Positions 1 to 12,680 of a stretch of DNA of 64,000 nucleotides are shown here, piece by piece. Positions within the stretch are counted from its first letter, which is position 1, and every line of letters begins with the position of its first letter. The position numbers were made by a program, and so were the translations under genes. The notes below the pieces were generated by a model that had not been told where the DNA came from, did no database searches, and was given only the letters and a program-made list of their open reading frames with translations. This stretch comes from Eledone cirrhosa (lineage: Eukaryota): positions 296,546,001 to 296,610,000 of the forward strand of contig OZ024742.1 in NCBI GenBank assembly GCA_964016885.1. The letters run 5' to 3'.

Positions 1-261
1 CACACAGATATATTCATATACATATATGTACTCACACACACAAGTAACTGTAATCTACTGACCATTTCTACAAAGATCACATTTTGTTCACACTTTTCTC
101 AATAGCTTTTCCTTCTTTATTCTCAACTCACTGCTTTCTTTAATGCTTTACTAGCTGATTGCATGTAAGTTCCATAGTTTAATTAGAAAAAACCACCAAG
201 TATTAAAGATCAATATAACATTTTAAGTATTTTGTTTATAAGTTCAAACTTGTCTCATAAC

Positions 262-612
262 AGGACCAACCAGTAATGTAGCTCTACTGAGGTGGTGTTG
301 TCAACTGGCCTGACCTCCCTTATAATGGGACCACCCAACTCCCAAATTATGGTTCCGATGTGAGCAGGGTACAGCACAGCCAACTGGCCAAACCCTCCTC
401 ATAATGATACCATCCAGTACTACACTGTAAATGTGGTTGGTGTTAGGAAGGGCATCCAACTGTAAAAAAAATCACAGCCAAATACAGTTCCGTTTGAACG
501 AGGTATGGTTAGGCCAGCTGGCCAGACTTGTCTTATAACATGGACGACCCATCTAACCCAGGCAAGCATGGAAAAATAGACATTAAATGATGATGATGAT
601 GATGATGATGAA
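262..612 (+). mobile_element. 5'-truncated RTE-LINE 3'UTR / RTE-tailed SINE-like repeat
   Basis: cacactgtaaatgtggttggtgttaggaagggcatcc ... aacccaggcaagcatggaaaaatagacattaaa(tga)n; same tail follows RTE coding sequence at 9456-9514 and 57050-57665. Left boundary uncertain. Confidence 0.7.
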
Positions 613-777
613 GATATATACAAACAAATTAATTACATATACACAATGCAACATAATAAATCAAATAAATTTAACAAATGGCTGAAAATAAAAAAATGAA
701 ATATTTTACTCATCTATTGATATCATTTGAGGATAAACAATATTTTTCATAAAGTAATTCCTCTTTTATTTCTCTTT

Positions 778-877
<100 letters not shown>

Positions 878-1330
878 TATCTCTGATCCATAAAGACTTA
901 TTGCAGCATAGTTTTAAAAAAATGTCCACCACTGCTACCAACCAATGTTCTCTTTCTTTCTGTCTCTCTCTCCAATACTCTTACTATTCCCTTTCCTTGG
1001 CATGATAGATGTTTTAAAAATTAATTCATCTTTCATTCTCTCTCTCTCTTTATATATATATATATATATAATCATACACACACCATCTCCTTTGCATAAA
1101 AACATGAGATTAAAAGAAACGTTCAGCATTACTGCCACCTCTTTTGCTACTCTCCCTCTTTCTCTCTATCTCTCACACTCACTCTAACCTTTTACAACAT
1201 GACAGACATTTTATATGATGCACTACAGCTATTACATAATAGATTTGTAGTAGATATTAAAATTCATCATTTTTTTACAATCTATGAAGAAATACGTAAA
1301 TTTGATATGTTTACGCATCTATGTACTTAG

Positions 1331-1546
1331 CGCTTTAGCATTTACAGTACTCTATATATACTATTGTATTTTCACGGTAAAGTCTTTATCTCATATAATA
1401 TCTCCCATAATATCGAATCTATGAGATTTTGATTATATTTTGAGAATAATACACTAACGTTGGTATGACTGGCCAGTTACGGCCAGTTTAAACACAAAGA
1501 GGTGAGAGAATTATGGCTGGATACAGCTGGTTTAAATGCTAAAGCA
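1331..1546 (+). mobile_element. piggyBac-type MITE family A, diverged copy
   Basis: internal sequence matches 7577-7797; degenerate TIRs cgctttagcattta/taaatgctaaagca; TTAA at right flank. Confidence 0.75.
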
Positions 1547-1924
1547 TTAATGTGTATGTTGACATATGTACTTTCCTGCAGTATCTGTTAACCCTGTCCT
1601 ATATATGTACAGATATATATTTCTTCTATATATGTAATATTACAGGAATAGTGTATTTATTTATTAATTTTTATTAGTTCATTAACTCTTAACATTCTGT
1701 TTGTTAATTCAAAATATTAATAGTGCAATGTGATTCAATCAATTTTGCTAAAATTAATGTAGCATATTCATTGAGGTTAATTTGTTACAAAATATTTACA
1801 CACAGGTGCACTCTATATAACAGAAAAATGTTAGAAATAAATTGGATGCAATTAGTAACAAATCTTATCGCAAATATTTTCAAAAGTATTCTTATGTCTT
1901 GCATGTCTTACACCTGGCTAAAAT

Positions 1925-2247
1925 AGGATTCCTCCAAAGGGTCTTTGGAGTAATGTTACTTGATAAAGTGTGTAACTTGGAGATCAGAGCCACTAGTTAT
2001 CTGAATTGAGATCACTAGTGTGGCTAGAATGCCTCAGCAAAGAATCACTGGACAGATTTTACAGGCAAAATGCAACTGGAAAGAGACCCAGAGGTAGACC
2101 CTGAGCAAGATGGTTGGATAACATCCATAAGCTTGGCTGGTCATGCTTGGTGATTCAGCTGGATCAGTTGTAGATGATTGCTTCTGACAGGACCTACTGG
2201 GAGGAGTGTTTGAGGACCCTCTCAGGAATAAGAGGGTGAAGAAGAAG
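1925..2247 (+). mobile_element. RTE-clade LINE 3' fragment
   Basis: broken frame MPQQRITGQILQA..GKRPRGRP..RWLDNI..DRTYW, then (GAA)n tail. Confidence 0.7.
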
Positions 2248-2379
2248 GATTCTTTTATCTACTGTTACCCACAGTGGTAAATGTACATTCCTCCAAATCA
2301 ACGTCTCATATTATGGCTAACATCTGAGTTACTCTTGAATCTTGAATAATCGTCCCCACCATCATTGCTATTTAATTGA

Positions 2380-2670
2380 TGTGCACATTTTAACATGTGC
2401 ACATCACATTCTTAATATATGTACTTCTGTACTTCTACACTTCTCATTCTTAACATTTACTCAACTTTTTTTGTAACTTGTGCACTTCAATCTTAATATA
2501 TGTACTTGTGTACTTATACATTTCTCTTTCTTAACATATGCATTTTGCTTTTGTAATATGTGCACTCATTTTGAAAATGTGTACTTCACATTTTTACGAT
2601 ATTCTTATTATGTGAACTTCACATTTTGAATATATATATTTCACATTTTTCACATGTACACTTCTTCATT
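2380..2670. repeat. degenerate ~21-bp minisatellite (tgtgcacttcacattcttaata-like)
   Basis: recurring tgtgcac/tgtact...cattctt units. Confidence 0.55.
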
Positions 2671-3315
2671 CTGTAACCAAGAGGGACAGACTAGTTCTGC
2701 AGATTTTCTGTTTTCTTTTTCTTTTAATGAAATCCTAGCAACCAATGAAACACAATTTAGTTTGAAGTTATTTTTTTAATGTTTTTTCTCTTCCAAACAG
2801 GAGAGGAATGCATTAGTCAATTCCTGAAGTGCTGATATAATTAATGAGAATTTTGGTTCAGTAAAAAAAAATGAGGAATTTTCGTTTCTTCTTTAATGTT
2901 CCTTTGGTTTCTCTACTGTTACTTTTTTGTTGTTTTTTTTTTTTGTCTTTCTAAGTGATTGATCACCTGATTTATATTTTGGTTAAAGGTCATGTATTTA
3001 TCGAATATGTATAATAGGAAGGGTTCTGACCTCATGAGAAATAGGAATGTTGGTGCCATCAAGATAGATGTTTTTGGTAATAAATTCATTATGTTTTTTT
3101 TTAGGGGAGAAATATTTTGTAGTATTTAGTAGAGACAGCAATCATTTCTTCTTCATTTTGTTTATTGATGTTTTGTGAAGATGACTGGCAAATCTATTTT
3201 GAGAGTTTTGAATATGGAGAAATATATTTTGTTATAATGTCTTGAGGGATATGTATTTTTCAGCTTAGACATTTTAAAATAATTTAATTACATATTAAGT
3301 TAAACAGCTGGCATG

Positions 3316-3614
3316 CATGTCTGGATTTAGACCTAGGGGGTTCTGGGGCACTTTAGTTTTTTTGGGGGGCCCCTCTTACAAAAAAATTAGAATACACATT
3401 AAACCCCAATTTTACATATGAAAGTAAACTTGGCACAAGTAATCGGAATTGAAAAGTTATACATACAGGTATAAAGGAAAAAAATCTAACCAGCCTAAAC
3501 CTAAAAAGCCTATCAGAGGACACAAATAAATTGCTATGACAGTTGCCAGTAGGGCCCTCCACAACAAGGGGCTCAGGGCAGTTGCCTCCTTTGCCCCCAT
3601 TAAATCTGGCCCTG
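3316..3614 (-). mobile_element. hAT-type MITE
   Basis: TIRs ca(t)g(t)ctggattta / taaatctggccctg; perfect 8-bp TSD CTGGCATG at 3308-3315 and 3615-3622; strand is relative to the copy at 30445. Confidence 0.85.
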
Positions 3615-3615
3615 C

Positions 3616-3778
3616 TGGCATGACTGCGTGTTAAAGAGGTTTGATTGCAACTACATGGTTTCAGATTTTTTTTCACTGTGGGGTACCATGCACAAGTGCT
3701 TTCTACTGTAGCCTCAAACTGACCAATGCTTTATTAGGAAAATATGGTTAACAAAATCTGTGAAGAAGCCTGTCATAT
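3616..3778 (+). mobile_element. old tRNA-derived SINE
   Basis: degenerate tRNA-like head plus gcacaagtgctttctactgtagcctc; related fragments at 29445-29582 (-) and ~49510-49590 (-). Confidence 0.55.
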
Positions 3779-4029
3779 AATAATACATTTACAAATGTGA
3801 TATAAGATGGGAAATATGAACAAAGCCACTTTTGAGAATCAAACCACATATCTGCTGTATTTCGGACTACCACAAAATCTATGACACTAAGACAATCTGA
3901 TAATATCTCACCATAAATGTTGCATATGTAAGTATATAATTTGATAAACTGCACTTATTGGCTTCTATTTGTATCACATGAGTTTACTGGCATGTTAACT
4001 GTCACTCAACTGCCAGTGGACAGCAGATC

Positions 4030-4352
4030 AATACATGTAAAGTGGTTGTGTAGGTGTCATGACAAAAAGCGGCCAGCCCACACTGTAAAATGGTCATGGA
4101 GGTGTCATGATAAAAACAGCCCAGCCCACAACACTGTACAAAGTTTATGTGGTTGTCATGACAAAAAGCAGCCAGCCCACACTGTAAAGTTGGTTGGCAT
4201 TAGGAAGGGTATTCAGCCATAGAAACCAAACTAGTGTTAGTTCTGTATGAACAAAACATGGTCATCCGACCTGGCTTGTCTCACAATGGGACAACTCGTC
4301 TAAACCATGCTAGCATAGAAAAATGGATGCTAAACGGTGATGATGATGATGA
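4030..4352 (+). mobile_element. RTE 3'UTR-derived repeat with three internal tandem units
   Basis: gtcatgacaaaaagc.gccagcccacactgtaaa x3, then ggttggcattaggaagggt, ccatgctagcat..aaatggatgctaaac(gat)n. Confidence 0.75.
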
Positions 4353-4926
4353 TATATATATATATTATTCAAATTGTTAATAAATGAAAAATATTCTCAT
4401 AATCAAAATATATATTTTATTATACATATTTCAAAGGTACAATGGTGTTTAAGTACGTTTTCAAAATATAAGATTTGATATGCGATATACCGCTACGGTT
4501 TTGATTATTCAATTCCAATAGTGGCAGTGATTTATTTCACAAACTCTCAACGTTTTTATACCACAAATAATATGATAAACTTAGAGAAGAAGAGGACGTA
4601 GAGCAATGTAGAAATATAGGAGGGGGATGCAAAGAAAAGGAAAAGGCGAGAAATAAACCAATAAATAAATAAGTAAATAAATAAAAGAAGAAAAAAGATG
4701 TAAGAGAAAAAGGGGAATAAAAATAAAAGAAAGGGAAGATGTGGGGAGAAAAAAGAAAAACGGAGAAGAGGAAAAGGAAAGGATGAAATAGAGGGGAGAA
4801 TAAAAAACCGTTGTATTCAAATGCTAGACAAAATTAGAAATCAAAAATGTATTCACATATATCAGTGAATATCGCTTGTATTGGATTACGCTTTAGCTAA
4901 TTATACGTTTATATTATATCCAGATT

Positions 4927-5022
4927 AAACTTTGCTTTTCATCCTTACGGGGTCGATAAAATAAAGTACCAGTAATACACTGGAATAATTGCTGGCCTTG
5001 TGCCAAAAGTAGAAACAATTAT
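4927..5022 (+). mobile_element. tRNA-SINE family M, 3' half
   Basis: tttcatccttacggggtcgataaaataaagtaccag...ggccttgtgccaaaagtagaaacaattatt. Confidence 0.85.
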
Positions 5023-5744
5023 TAGGTATAGATTATAGCAATCAAATATTTAAGTTAATTACAAATTTATATGCTTAAATTAATTTAATTTAATTTAGCT
5101 CATTCTAGATTATTATAATTTTTTAAGGTAAGATATTCTATTAATATTATACTACAACTTTAAAAGAATTTATCTTTAAAGCCTGATTAAATAATTATTA
5201 AATATGTATTAAAATATAATATAATACCATGCATATATCCTCATCAATATATATAATATATTTTGTTCCTTTATTATCTAAATTAATTTAAAATTTAGAA
5301 ATTCACTTTTTGTGAAAACTTTGTTATTTTTTAATTTTCATTTATTTCTTAGAATCCAACTGTGGTTATATTTACTCTATATAATTTTATTTCATTTAAT
5401 GAATGGTTATATTTACTTCTATATTTAATTATTCTGATATATATAGTTTCCTTTTAATGATAATCTATGTATTATTAAACTATTAATCATTATTTATTAA
5501 TCCATATTTTATATATGTATTTTTCAAGCTAATCAAAAAAAATATATGGAAACAAAAGGAAGATAACTCATTCACAATGCAAAAGCATTTTTAACTTATA
5601 GGGACGCCTTCTCTCACGTCCAGCGATATTTTAAGAACCCTAAATTATCTATTGTATATATCCTAATTGATGTCTAATGAGATATTGAACTATCCCAATC
5701 AAAGCATAGGATAAAAAGACTCTTAATGAGGTTATTCCATTACA

Positions 5745-7300
5745 TATAAATTATTACTTCAATTAAGCAAAATTTACATATATTTAAATTGTTATTTGTC
5801 CTTATTATTTTGGAACTGGAACATTGCCTGGAAAGTTTTACCAATTTTATAATGACAAGTACTAAATAATTCATTTTTGTTGTTGATTAAATTGTCATAG
5901 TTTGTGATTATCTGAAGTATATCTTCATTGCAAAGATGGCAAAGTTCTGAGATGTTGATTTCCGGTAGGATGTTGCATCCGTAATTTCGTCCAAGAGATC
6001 GAGTATTTAATATTATTATCCTTTAAAGACCATACTAATTGTGAAAGTAAAGTTGAAAATTTTTATCCGGTCTATTAAAAGTATGTCTGTGATTATACCA
6101 ACGTTCCTTAAATTTAGATGAGGTGGCACCTATGTAGTTATATATATTATCATTTACCTTAATGGTACATTTATATACTAGATTTTTGTCAAGGAAATTA
6201 TTTTGTAAAGGACATTCAGACCTATTTCTACAATTACATTTCTTCTCAATGTTATTTAAAGACATTATACTATTCACATTGCTATTTAAAGGCCTTCTAC
6301 TATTATTCGTGTTTAAACTATTATTATTGTTATTCCTATTAACTAATATATTATTATTATTATTATTATTATTGCTTATTAGAGGTAGGTTCAATTTTAG
6401 ATTCTTATTACTTATTTTTGCTATATTTTGAGCAATATTCATAGTAGTTGAGTAAGAGAGTTTAACTGTGTGTCTATTGAAGATAGGGTAATATTTATGA
6501 GATCTAGGGAAGCATTTATTCAAAACTTTAAAAAATAAATGTGCTACAGGTGTTTTAATAGCTAAAAATGCTGGCGGAGCATACCAAATTATAGATCTAG
6601 TTCTTATTTTTTTCTTCGATTTATTCATCCAGTTGTTTTTATATTCATTTTTATTATGATTATTATGATTATAATTAATTTTATTTTGATGGATTTCTGT
6701 ATTTTCATCTATATACTCAATGTTATAGTTATATCCAGCTTTATTTAACGCTTCATTATAATATATAGCCTTACTATTAAATATGGATCTATTAGCAGAG
6801 AGCGTGGATTTTCGTTGGTGTACACTGTTGACTATTGCATTCTTAACACTTTTAGGATGATTAGAACAAAAACTAACATAATTTAAGTTGTCATTGACTT
6901 TGTGGAAAAGATAATAAAGGCCTGAGTTCAGATTTAGAGTCACATCCAAAAACTTAACTATTTTATTATTATTTTCTATTTCTAATTTCAGGTCATAATT
7001 TTTTTAAAATTCTATAATTGCTTTCTTTACTCTATTTAATTCACCATTGTTATGTTTTTCTACAATAAATAGTATGTCGTCCCTATATAAACCTCCGGTA
7101 ATCCCCGGCCATTTTCTATTTATCAAGTTAAGGATAAAAATGCCCACTAGATCCGTAACCTGAGCTTAATCCGAAGAACCCATCGTAATGTCAAAATTCT
7201 TCGGTCTATCAGCCCTAGTCCAAAGATCATTATTAAAATCCATCAAGCTTCGCCTTGTTGTTAATATAATATTTATCTCCTCACTAGATAGGTCTGCGCT
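5745..7300 (-). pseudogene. PLE reverse transcriptase - GIY-YIG endonuclease (Neptune/Nematis-like layout), disrupted
   Basis: NFDITMGSSD*AQVTDLVG and GGLYRDD (~7075-7200); ORF 6035-6949 has SNHP, FNRHTVKLSYS, CNCR..ECPL, LVYKC..YIGATSSKFKERWYNH; stops and frameshifts. Confidence 0.9.
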
Positions 7301-7378
7301 TCTAATCTAGTGTAAAATTGTATTCGTTGAATAATCAACGAACCATATTAATCTTTGGGTATATATATATATATATAT

Positions 7379-7456
7379 GAAAATGTTTGACCCCGACGGC
7401 AGAGCTCAAGCCGTTTCGAAGGCTATTTCTGGTTCCTTACCACACATCCTTCGTTA
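7379..7456 (+). mobile_element. internally deleted PLE terminal-repeat element, same family as 18652-19030
   Basis: tgaccccgacggcagagctcaagccgtttcg...ctggttccttaccac between (TA)n tracts. Confidence 0.7.
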
Positions 7457-7576
7457 TATATGTATATATATACGTATATATATATATAAACAGCCAGTTG
7501 GCATTAGAAGCATTAAGAAAATTTGAAATATATTCGTCCCAATGCAAACAACCATAATAATAGTTGATCAGTGTAA

Positions 7577-7797
7577 CCCTTTAGCATTTAAATTAATCTA
7601 TATTTACTATTATATTTTCTAAGTAAAGGCTTTATCTTACATAATTATCTCACATAATATCGAATCTATGAGATATGGATATCATTTATTTTCAGAACAA
7701 TACCTTAACATACGTATGTGTGGCCAGTTACAGCCAGTTTGAACAGAAAGAGGTGAGAGAATTCTGGCCGGATATGGCCGGTTTAAATGCTAAAGGG
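7577..7797 (+). mobile_element. piggyBac-type MITE family A
   Basis: TIR CCCTTTAGCATTTAAA/TTTAAATGCTAAAGGG; flanks gtaa/ttaa. Confidence 0.85.
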
Positions 7798-7979
7798 TTA
7801 AACAATAATTGGGAAAATCAGTTAAAGTACCTCGGGAGATAGAAAAACATGACAGGGACACCTGGAAGGAATAACCCCTCCCCCCCCCAAAAAAACCATC
7901 TTTTGGATGCCAGGAAAGTGCATTAACCACTCCTTTAAAGAGCCACTGACCACCAATTTCATCCTTTTAGATGATTTAA

Positions 7980-8200
7980 CCTTTTATCATTTGCATTACA
8001 CTATATTTACTACTTTACCTTCATGGTAAATACTTTATCTCATATAATTATCACACAATCTATCGAATCCATGAGATTTTGATATTATCTATTTTGAGAA
8101 AAATACCGTAACATAAATACAAGCAGCTGGTTATGGCCAGTTTTAACAGAAAGAGGTAAGAGAATTCTGGCTAGATACGGCTGGTTTAAATGCTAAATGG
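7980..8200 (+). mobile_element. piggyBac-type MITE family A
   Basis: TTAA on both sides, same internal sequence. Confidence 0.85.
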
Positions 8201-8658
8201 TTAAGACTGTAGCTTGAAGTGTGAACAACTTGTTGACTTAAGAAGCATTGCTTCTGTTTCCAAGGGTACTTTATTCAATTTTTCCAACTATTATTTACAC
8301 TAATCACCTATTGTTATGATTATTTGGTTTGAGGTGACTATATTTCAAATTTTAAAACTTTCTACTCCTTCTTAAGTCAACTAGGTATTTACACTTTAGC
8401 TATAAGTTTAACATCTAAAAAGAAGGAATTAGTGGTTAACACATTCACTTGACATCTGAGTGAGGCAGGTTTCGATTCCTAGCAAGCTTCTCTGTCCACA
8501 TTTAACATCTTTAGGGGTACATTAATTCTTTGCTGTTATATATAGTGGTTGAGTAGTATTATGGTAATTTGAATTAGGATGAGTACATTTCAAATTTCAC
8601 ACACAAACACACACACACACACTCACACACATATATATATGTATATATATATATATAT

Positions 8659-8855
8659 AGTTATGTAATAAACAACATAAGATAATTATTTCATTTACCA
8701 GTGGTTTCTTGAAGACAGATGTTGTGTCTGTCTTCAAGTAACCACTGGTAAATGAAATACTTATCTTATGTTGTTTATTACATAGCTAATAAGCTCTATA
8801 GCCTACATAGAGCACTCTTTTTTCCTGTACCTTTCTGATTGAAATACTTCATTTA
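8659..8855 (+). mobile_element. fold-back PLE terminal-repeat element, collapsed form of 59241-59520
   Basis: near-perfect palindrome 8659-8788 plus unpaired tail with gctct..catagagc hairpin; (TA)n on both sides. Confidence 0.75.
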
Positions 8856-8865
8856 TATATATATA

Positions 8866-8897
<32 letters not shown>

Positions 8898-8937
8898 AAC
8901 ATATATAAATATACATATATATACATACATATATATA

Positions 8938-9514
8938 GTACACAATGCAGGTAGGATCTATAGAAGTGGCTGATAGCGTCCGGAACCTAGGTGATCAGAT
9001 TAGCAAGGGAGGATGGTGCTCCGAGGCCATAGTATCTAGAATAAGGATGAGTTGGAAGAAGTTTAGGGAGCTGCTTCCTCTGTTGACAAAGAACGGTTTC
9101 TCCCTGTGAACGAAAGGCCAGTTATATGATGCCTGTGTGAGATGGGTGATGCTGCATGGGCAGCAACTGCAGGGGATATGCAATGGCTGGCAAGAAATGA
9201 AGCAAGCATGCTCCATTGGATGTGCAGTGTCAATGTGCATGAATGACCAAGCATAGATGAGTTGAGAGAGAAACTGTGTATAAGAGGAATAAGTTGTAGT
9301 GGGCGGGAGAGAAGACTGCATTGGTATGGACATGTGATGTGCATAGAGGATGACCACTTAGGCGGAGGTGGTGAGAGCAGACCTCAGATCGCTGAAGCTC
9401 ACGGAGGTGATGACAAAGGACCGTGACAAGAGGAGAGATGCTGTGCTGAATAGGACCCGTCCCACCCATGCAAGCAGGGAAAGCGGACATAAAATGATGA
9501 TGATGATGATGATG
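8938..9514 (+). mobile_element. RTE-clade LINE 3' fragment
   Basis: SRIRMSWKKFRELLPLLT..LYDACVR..RRLHWYGHV; ends cccacccatgcaagcagggaaagcggacataaaa(tga)n. Confidence 0.85.
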
Positions 9515-9526
9515 ATATATATATAG

Positions 9527-10425
9527 ATCGTAGGGAGAAATCCTTCTTTGTCAAAAGAGGAAGCAGCTCCCTAAACTTCTTCCAACTCGTCCTTATTCTA
9601 GATACTATGGCCTCGGAACACCCTCCTCCCGTGCTAATCTGATCACCTAGGTATCAGAAGCTATCAACCACCTCTATAGATCCTACCTGCATTTTAAAAA
9701 TGGGTATATCACTGCGACTTCTACTGTCAAATTTATCCGAACATCTACTGCACATGTATATTTCCCTACCTGTTAGTTTGCCTGCTATCCCACTACATCT
9801 CTTGTGTACCCAAGATCTGCATTGTGTACATTCTATAGAATTTATACCAACTTCTTTTCTACATATCAAACATGGCCATTTCCCATAGCCAGAATTTATT
9901 CTCTAGCTCTCTACTGATTCTGCTATAAGTACCAGATCTTCAGCATAGAGAAGTTCCCATGGGCAGCCAGTCTTAAACTCCTCTGTAATGAACAAGAGCG
10001 AGCTGAGGACCGAACCCTGATGTACACCTACTTGTATCTGGAATTCATCACTAAACTACATTCCTACTCTCACTTTACTGACAGCACCTTTGTACATAGC
10101 TTGCACTGTCCTCACAAACCATTCTTCTACACCTAGTTTCATTAGGGACCACCAGATGACAGATCGGGGTACTCTATCAAAGGCCTTCTCTAGGTCAACA
10201 AAAGCTAAGTTAGTGGCTTATTCTTCTCTAAGAACCTCTCTTGTAGTTGTCTCACTAAGAAGAGGGCATCTATTTTACTTTTTCCAGGCATAAAACCAAA
10301 TTGCATCTAATCTAATTTGACCCTTTCTCTAATTATTTGCAGAAGTATTCTTTCTGCCACTTTCATAACCTAATCCATCAGTTTTATGCCCCTATAATTG
10401 CTCCTCTCCAGAGCACCCCCTTTAC
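9527..10425 (-). mobile_element. RTE-clade LINE RT fragment with Cys-rich finger
   Basis: [62 protein letters not shown]. Confidence 0.85.
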
Positions 10426-11759
10426 CTTTGTAATAATTTATAAGAATGCTGCTGCACCAGTGTTTGGATATGACGCTGCTATATATAGCTTGATTGATGG
10501 TGTGTCTGTATGTTTGTGTGTGTGTTTATCTCTGTGTATGTGCCTGCTTCTAGTTTACCACAGCTTACACAAAAAGTGATGTTTGTTTAGGTGCCTCATA
10601 AACAATATGTCTCACAGCGTAGCTGTGGTTGGTTACATATACTGAACAGTACTTTCATACAAAAGGAGTCAAATGTACAAAATATTTAAATAAATAAGTT
10701 ACTCAGAGACACCATCCATCTGAAAAACAATAGCTAAGTTTGCTTTAGAGTATTTGATACATAAGAAATTTAATTGAAAATATTAATATAGTCAGGAACT
10801 GGCAACATTATATTGATAAGTAATGTTATTTTAAACACCTAGAGCAGGTTTCAGTTTTATTAGACCTCCTCAGTGAAGCTATATTTTCTGAAGTAATAAT
10901 GAGACAATTACTAGATAGCTGGGCAATTAATCAATTTAACACTTTAATCCTTTTTTTAATGGTCTTCCAATTTTGTTTTAGATATTAGAGATTCACAATC
11001 CGCCGAAATAAAGAACATTTAGTTAATTAAAAGATAGAACTTTTAATCAATTCTTTTAAAAACAGAAACTGATTTACAGCTGAAATACTTACATTTATAT
11101 GTAAATATATTTTGTTTGTGTTTGAAGTATATAAATATATTTTGTTGCATGTATTATTTTTTCCTGAACATTTAAAATGTTACTGTTTCAGATTTAATTT
11201 AACAAAGATGAAAATGTAATTATGTGTACAAACAAAATATATTTATACAATACAAATGCAAATGAAGTATATTTGTATTTAACAAAAACACTGCAGCTGT
11301 AAGATTTCTAACTTTAATCAGGTTTTGACTGAAATATTCTATTTCAATCAATTTTTTAAACAGATTTTACCTTTGAAAACCTAACAAAAAAAACATAAAT
11401 GGTATAACAAAAAGTAGGAGTTTTAAAAAAGGTCCATGATAAAACGAATAAGCTTATTTTATTTCAATTTAGATAAATCACAGAGCAAAAAAATCAGCTC
11501 TTCCTGCTTTGGAGTTCACTTTTCTGAGACAACAAATGGTTTCCAATATAGCAATTCCTTTTTAAGATATAATACTCACATATTATAATGGCTTCTACAG
11601 GAGTAGAACTGTTTGAATCGAAAGAAATCAATTGGACCCGGGACTAACATATACTCTTTTAACTGTTCCAGCCATCCAACTGAGGCCATGCTGGGGCACC
11701 ACATATATATAGTGGTAAACAATTTTCAGGAGAGCAGGGCATGTATATTTACATATAAA

Positions 11760-12370
11760 TCTAAACTATAATAAAGCAAGGGTTGTGGGACTGCGTACGG
11801 TTTATTTATTTTAATCCAGTTAGTAAAATAAGTTGGATTACTTTGAATAAATAATTGTTTCTATTTTTGGCACAAGGCCAGCAATTACCCAGTACATTAC
11901 TAGTACTTTATTTTATCGACCCCATAAGGATGAAAGGCAAAGTTAACCACAGCGAGATTTGAGCTCAGATCATAAAAGGACGAAACTCTAGGCTTCAAAT
12001 CATGGTGTCCGACTCTCTACCGATACTGCCAATCCACTGCCCTTGAATAAATAATTGTTTCTACTTTAGGCACAAGGCCAGCAATTACCCAGTGCATTAC
12101 TGGTACTTTATTTTATCGACCGCGTAAGGATGAAAGGCAAAGTCAACCTCGGTGGGATTTGAACTCAGATCGTAAAGGGACGTAACTATGCTGGAAAGCA
12201 TGGCGTCCGACCCTCTACCGATACTGCCAATCCAAATGAATGAATATTACATAACTTATGTGCTAATTTTCGTAAACAAATAATTTCGTAAAAATAAATA
12301 ACCTAAAATTGACTTCTTTTCAAAGTTGTACTTCCGGTATATCGTCGCCACCACCACCACTTCAACTACC
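11760..12370 (+). mobile_element. non-autonomous Helitron, 5' part (3' end not found)
   Basis: starts A|TCTAAACTATAATAAAG..GGGACTGCGTACGGTTT, homologous to the 5' end of 12681-13256. Confidence 0.7.
11852..12233 (-). mobile_element. two tandem tRNA-SINE family M copies
   Basis: copies at ~11852-12041 and ~12052-12233; duplicated target ttgaataaataat. Confidence 0.9.
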
Positions 12371-12680
12371 ATATATATAGAAAGAGAGAGAGATAGAGAG
12401 ATTATGATTTTCTACACACTGTCGCGTATGAGTGTGCACATACATACATCTATATGTATGAGTATATAATTATAATCGCGCAAACACAAACTTATAAAAA
12501 TACACACTCATGGACATAATTCACACAAATACACATACATTCACACAAACATACATACTTTCACACAAACACACACATACAGTCACGATAGCGTTCAGTT
12601 TAATTGGAAATGGGAGGGTAAAACAAGTATAACGTTTTATTTATTTATTAACTCTTTTCTTTTTAACTCATTTAATATAA

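Larger units (their letters stand above)
4366..7360 (-). mobile_element. Penelope-like retroelement, 5'-truncated, bounded by (TA)n at both ends
   Basis: RT plus C-terminal GIY-YIG coding remnant 7300-5745; long 3' non-coding part whose end resembles the arms at 34465/36444 (tattttattata.atatttcaa.ggtac). Confidence 0.75.

Noticed and set aside
10836-10878. Hammerhead-like CTGAGGA...GAAACC on the minus strand
   Set aside because: Stem II poorly paired, no stem I, cleavage triplet GUG; at most a decayed relic
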